Below are positions 63,343 to 64,000 of a DNA stretch of 64,000 nt, in pieces. The notes under the pieces were generated by a model. It did not search any database. It worked only from the letters and a program-made list of their open reading frames with translations, and was not told where the DNA came from. How positions within the stretch are numbered: position 1 is the first letter of the stretch; each line of letters opens with the position of its first letter. Location of the stretch: the NCBI GenBank assembly GCA_049570475.1, contig CP186953.1, positions 896,185 through 960,184 on the forward strand, read 5' to 3'. This DNA comes from Candidatus Methanosuratincola verstraetei. GTDB taxonomy: Archaea; Thermoproteota; Methanomethylicia; Methanomethylicales; Methanomethylicaceae. Position numbers and translations under genes: made by a program.

Positions 63343-64000
63343 CTAATACTTCGGGATCTGCCCGCCCTTAATCCCTGGGAATCTCTTCTGTTTCGTGACC
63401 ATCTGCTTGACAAACTTCTTGCTCATTTTGTACTGGTCGAGCAGCTCCCTTATGTCCTTGGGAGTCGTGCCCGATCCCCTTGCGATCCTCCTGATCCTGG
63501 ACCCGTCGATTATGTGGGGCTCCTCAAGCTCCTCCTGCGTCATCGACTGCATTATCACCATCCACCTCTTCATCCTCTCCTCGGATAGATCCATCGCCTC
63601 CTTTGGCAGGCTAAGCCCCATCCCTGGTATAGACTGCAGGATCTTGCTCAAAGGTCCCATCCTCCTGAGCGCCTGCATCTGGTTGTAAAGATCCTTCAGG
63701 GTGAACCTCCCAGAAGCTATTGCACTCAGGTCCTTTGACATTGATGTGGTCTTCTGGACCTCCTTGACCTTCTCGACCAGTGCCTCGATGTCACCCATCC
63801 CGAGGAGCCTGCCCACGAACCTCGGCGGGCTGAAAGGCTCGATCTCTTCTATCCCCTCACCAGTCCCAATGAACCTTATTGGAGCCCTTGTTGCCGCGAC
63901 CGCCGAGAGGGCTCCTCCCCCCCTGGCTGATCCGTCCAGCTTGGTCAGGAAGATTGTACCTATCTTGGTCGCCTGGTTGAACGCCTCAGCCTGCTGCATC
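63343..64000 (-). CDS. srp54: signal recognition particle protein SRP54 (C-terminal part; continues beyond window)
   Basis: TKLDGSARGGGALS, FIGTGEGIEEIEPF, and an M domain (MGDIEALVEKV ... Met-rich). The reading frame is open to the window edge. Confidence 0.9.
   Translation of the reverse strand, partial: MQQAEAFNQATKIGTIFLTKLDGSARGGGALSAVAATRAPIRFIGTGEGIEEIEPFSPPRFVGRLLGMGDIEALVEKVKEVQKTTSMSKDLSAIASGRFTLKDLYNQMQALRRMGPLSKILQSIPGMGLSLPKEAMDLSEERMKRWMVIMQSMTQEELEEPHIIDGSRIRRIARGSGTTPKDIRELLDQYKMSKKFVKQMVTKQKRFPGIKGGQIPKY

Noticed and set aside
62935-63588. 217-aa plus-strand ORF
   Set aside because: Antisense to trmY and srp54 and spanning their junction, with low-complexity Pro/Leu/Ser composition.
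1-64000. CRISPR arrays, IS elements, rRNA genes and additional tRNAs
   Set aside because: I scanned the intergenic regions by eye for regularly spaced direct repeats, terminal inverted repeats and T-arm (GGTTCRAATCC-like) motifs. I found none other than tRNA-Leu at 19011-19098 and the two identity blocks at 856-2599. A computational scan (tRNAscan-SE, Infernal, a CRISPR finder) would be needed for certainty.

Overview
Archaeal chromosomal segment with euryarchaeal-type gene content: RadB, Dph2, aIF2-alpha, L44e/S27e/L21e/L10e, PriS/PriL, PCNA, TFS, Pus10/TrmY. Coding DNA is GC-rich and the intergenic spacers are short and AT-rich. I saw no rRNA, CRISPR array, transposase or integrase. One tRNA is present, tRNA-Leu(CAG) at 19011-19098 on the minus strand. 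Layout: (i) 0-7.5 kb is a signalling/accessory region. It holds two small ORFs, a tandem pair of membrane-anchored double winged-helix regulators that share two blocks of 100% nucleotide identity, cheB, and a Cache-TM sensor ORF that stops inside its HAMP domain and is followed by a separate PAS-MCP ORF. (ii) 7.7-11.3 kb holds glnA, a desulfoferrodoxin-peroxiredoxin operon and a divergent Ogg-type 8-oxoG glycosylase. (iii) 11.5-18.8 kb is an accessory block. It holds a degraded PEP-utilising N-domain ORF, a Cys-rich Fe-S gene pair, and the most interesting locus in the window. That locus is a wHTH regulator plus a five-gene operon encoding three TasA/camelysin-like secreted paralogs, a SipW/Sec11-type signal peptidase fused to a large polytopic membrane domain, and a glycosylation-sequon-rich bitopic membrane protein. 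I read it as a candidate archaeal bundling-pilus/biofilm-fibre system. (iv) 19-49 kb is housekeeping: IMPase, short XPF, Tmk-like, HD-dNTPase-like, the AcnX small/large plus UbiD trio of the archaeal mevalonate pathway, XPD, RadB, CarS, a CoA operon (coaBC, pantoate kinase, phosphopantothenate synthetase, small membrane protein), a radical-SAM/SPASM protein, argG, argH, topA, gcvH, ileS and aglB. (v) 48.9-64.0 kb is a single-strand information-processing gene string running from nop10 to srp54, which is truncated by the window edge. All calls rest on reading the supplied translations and the DNA by eye; no database search was run.
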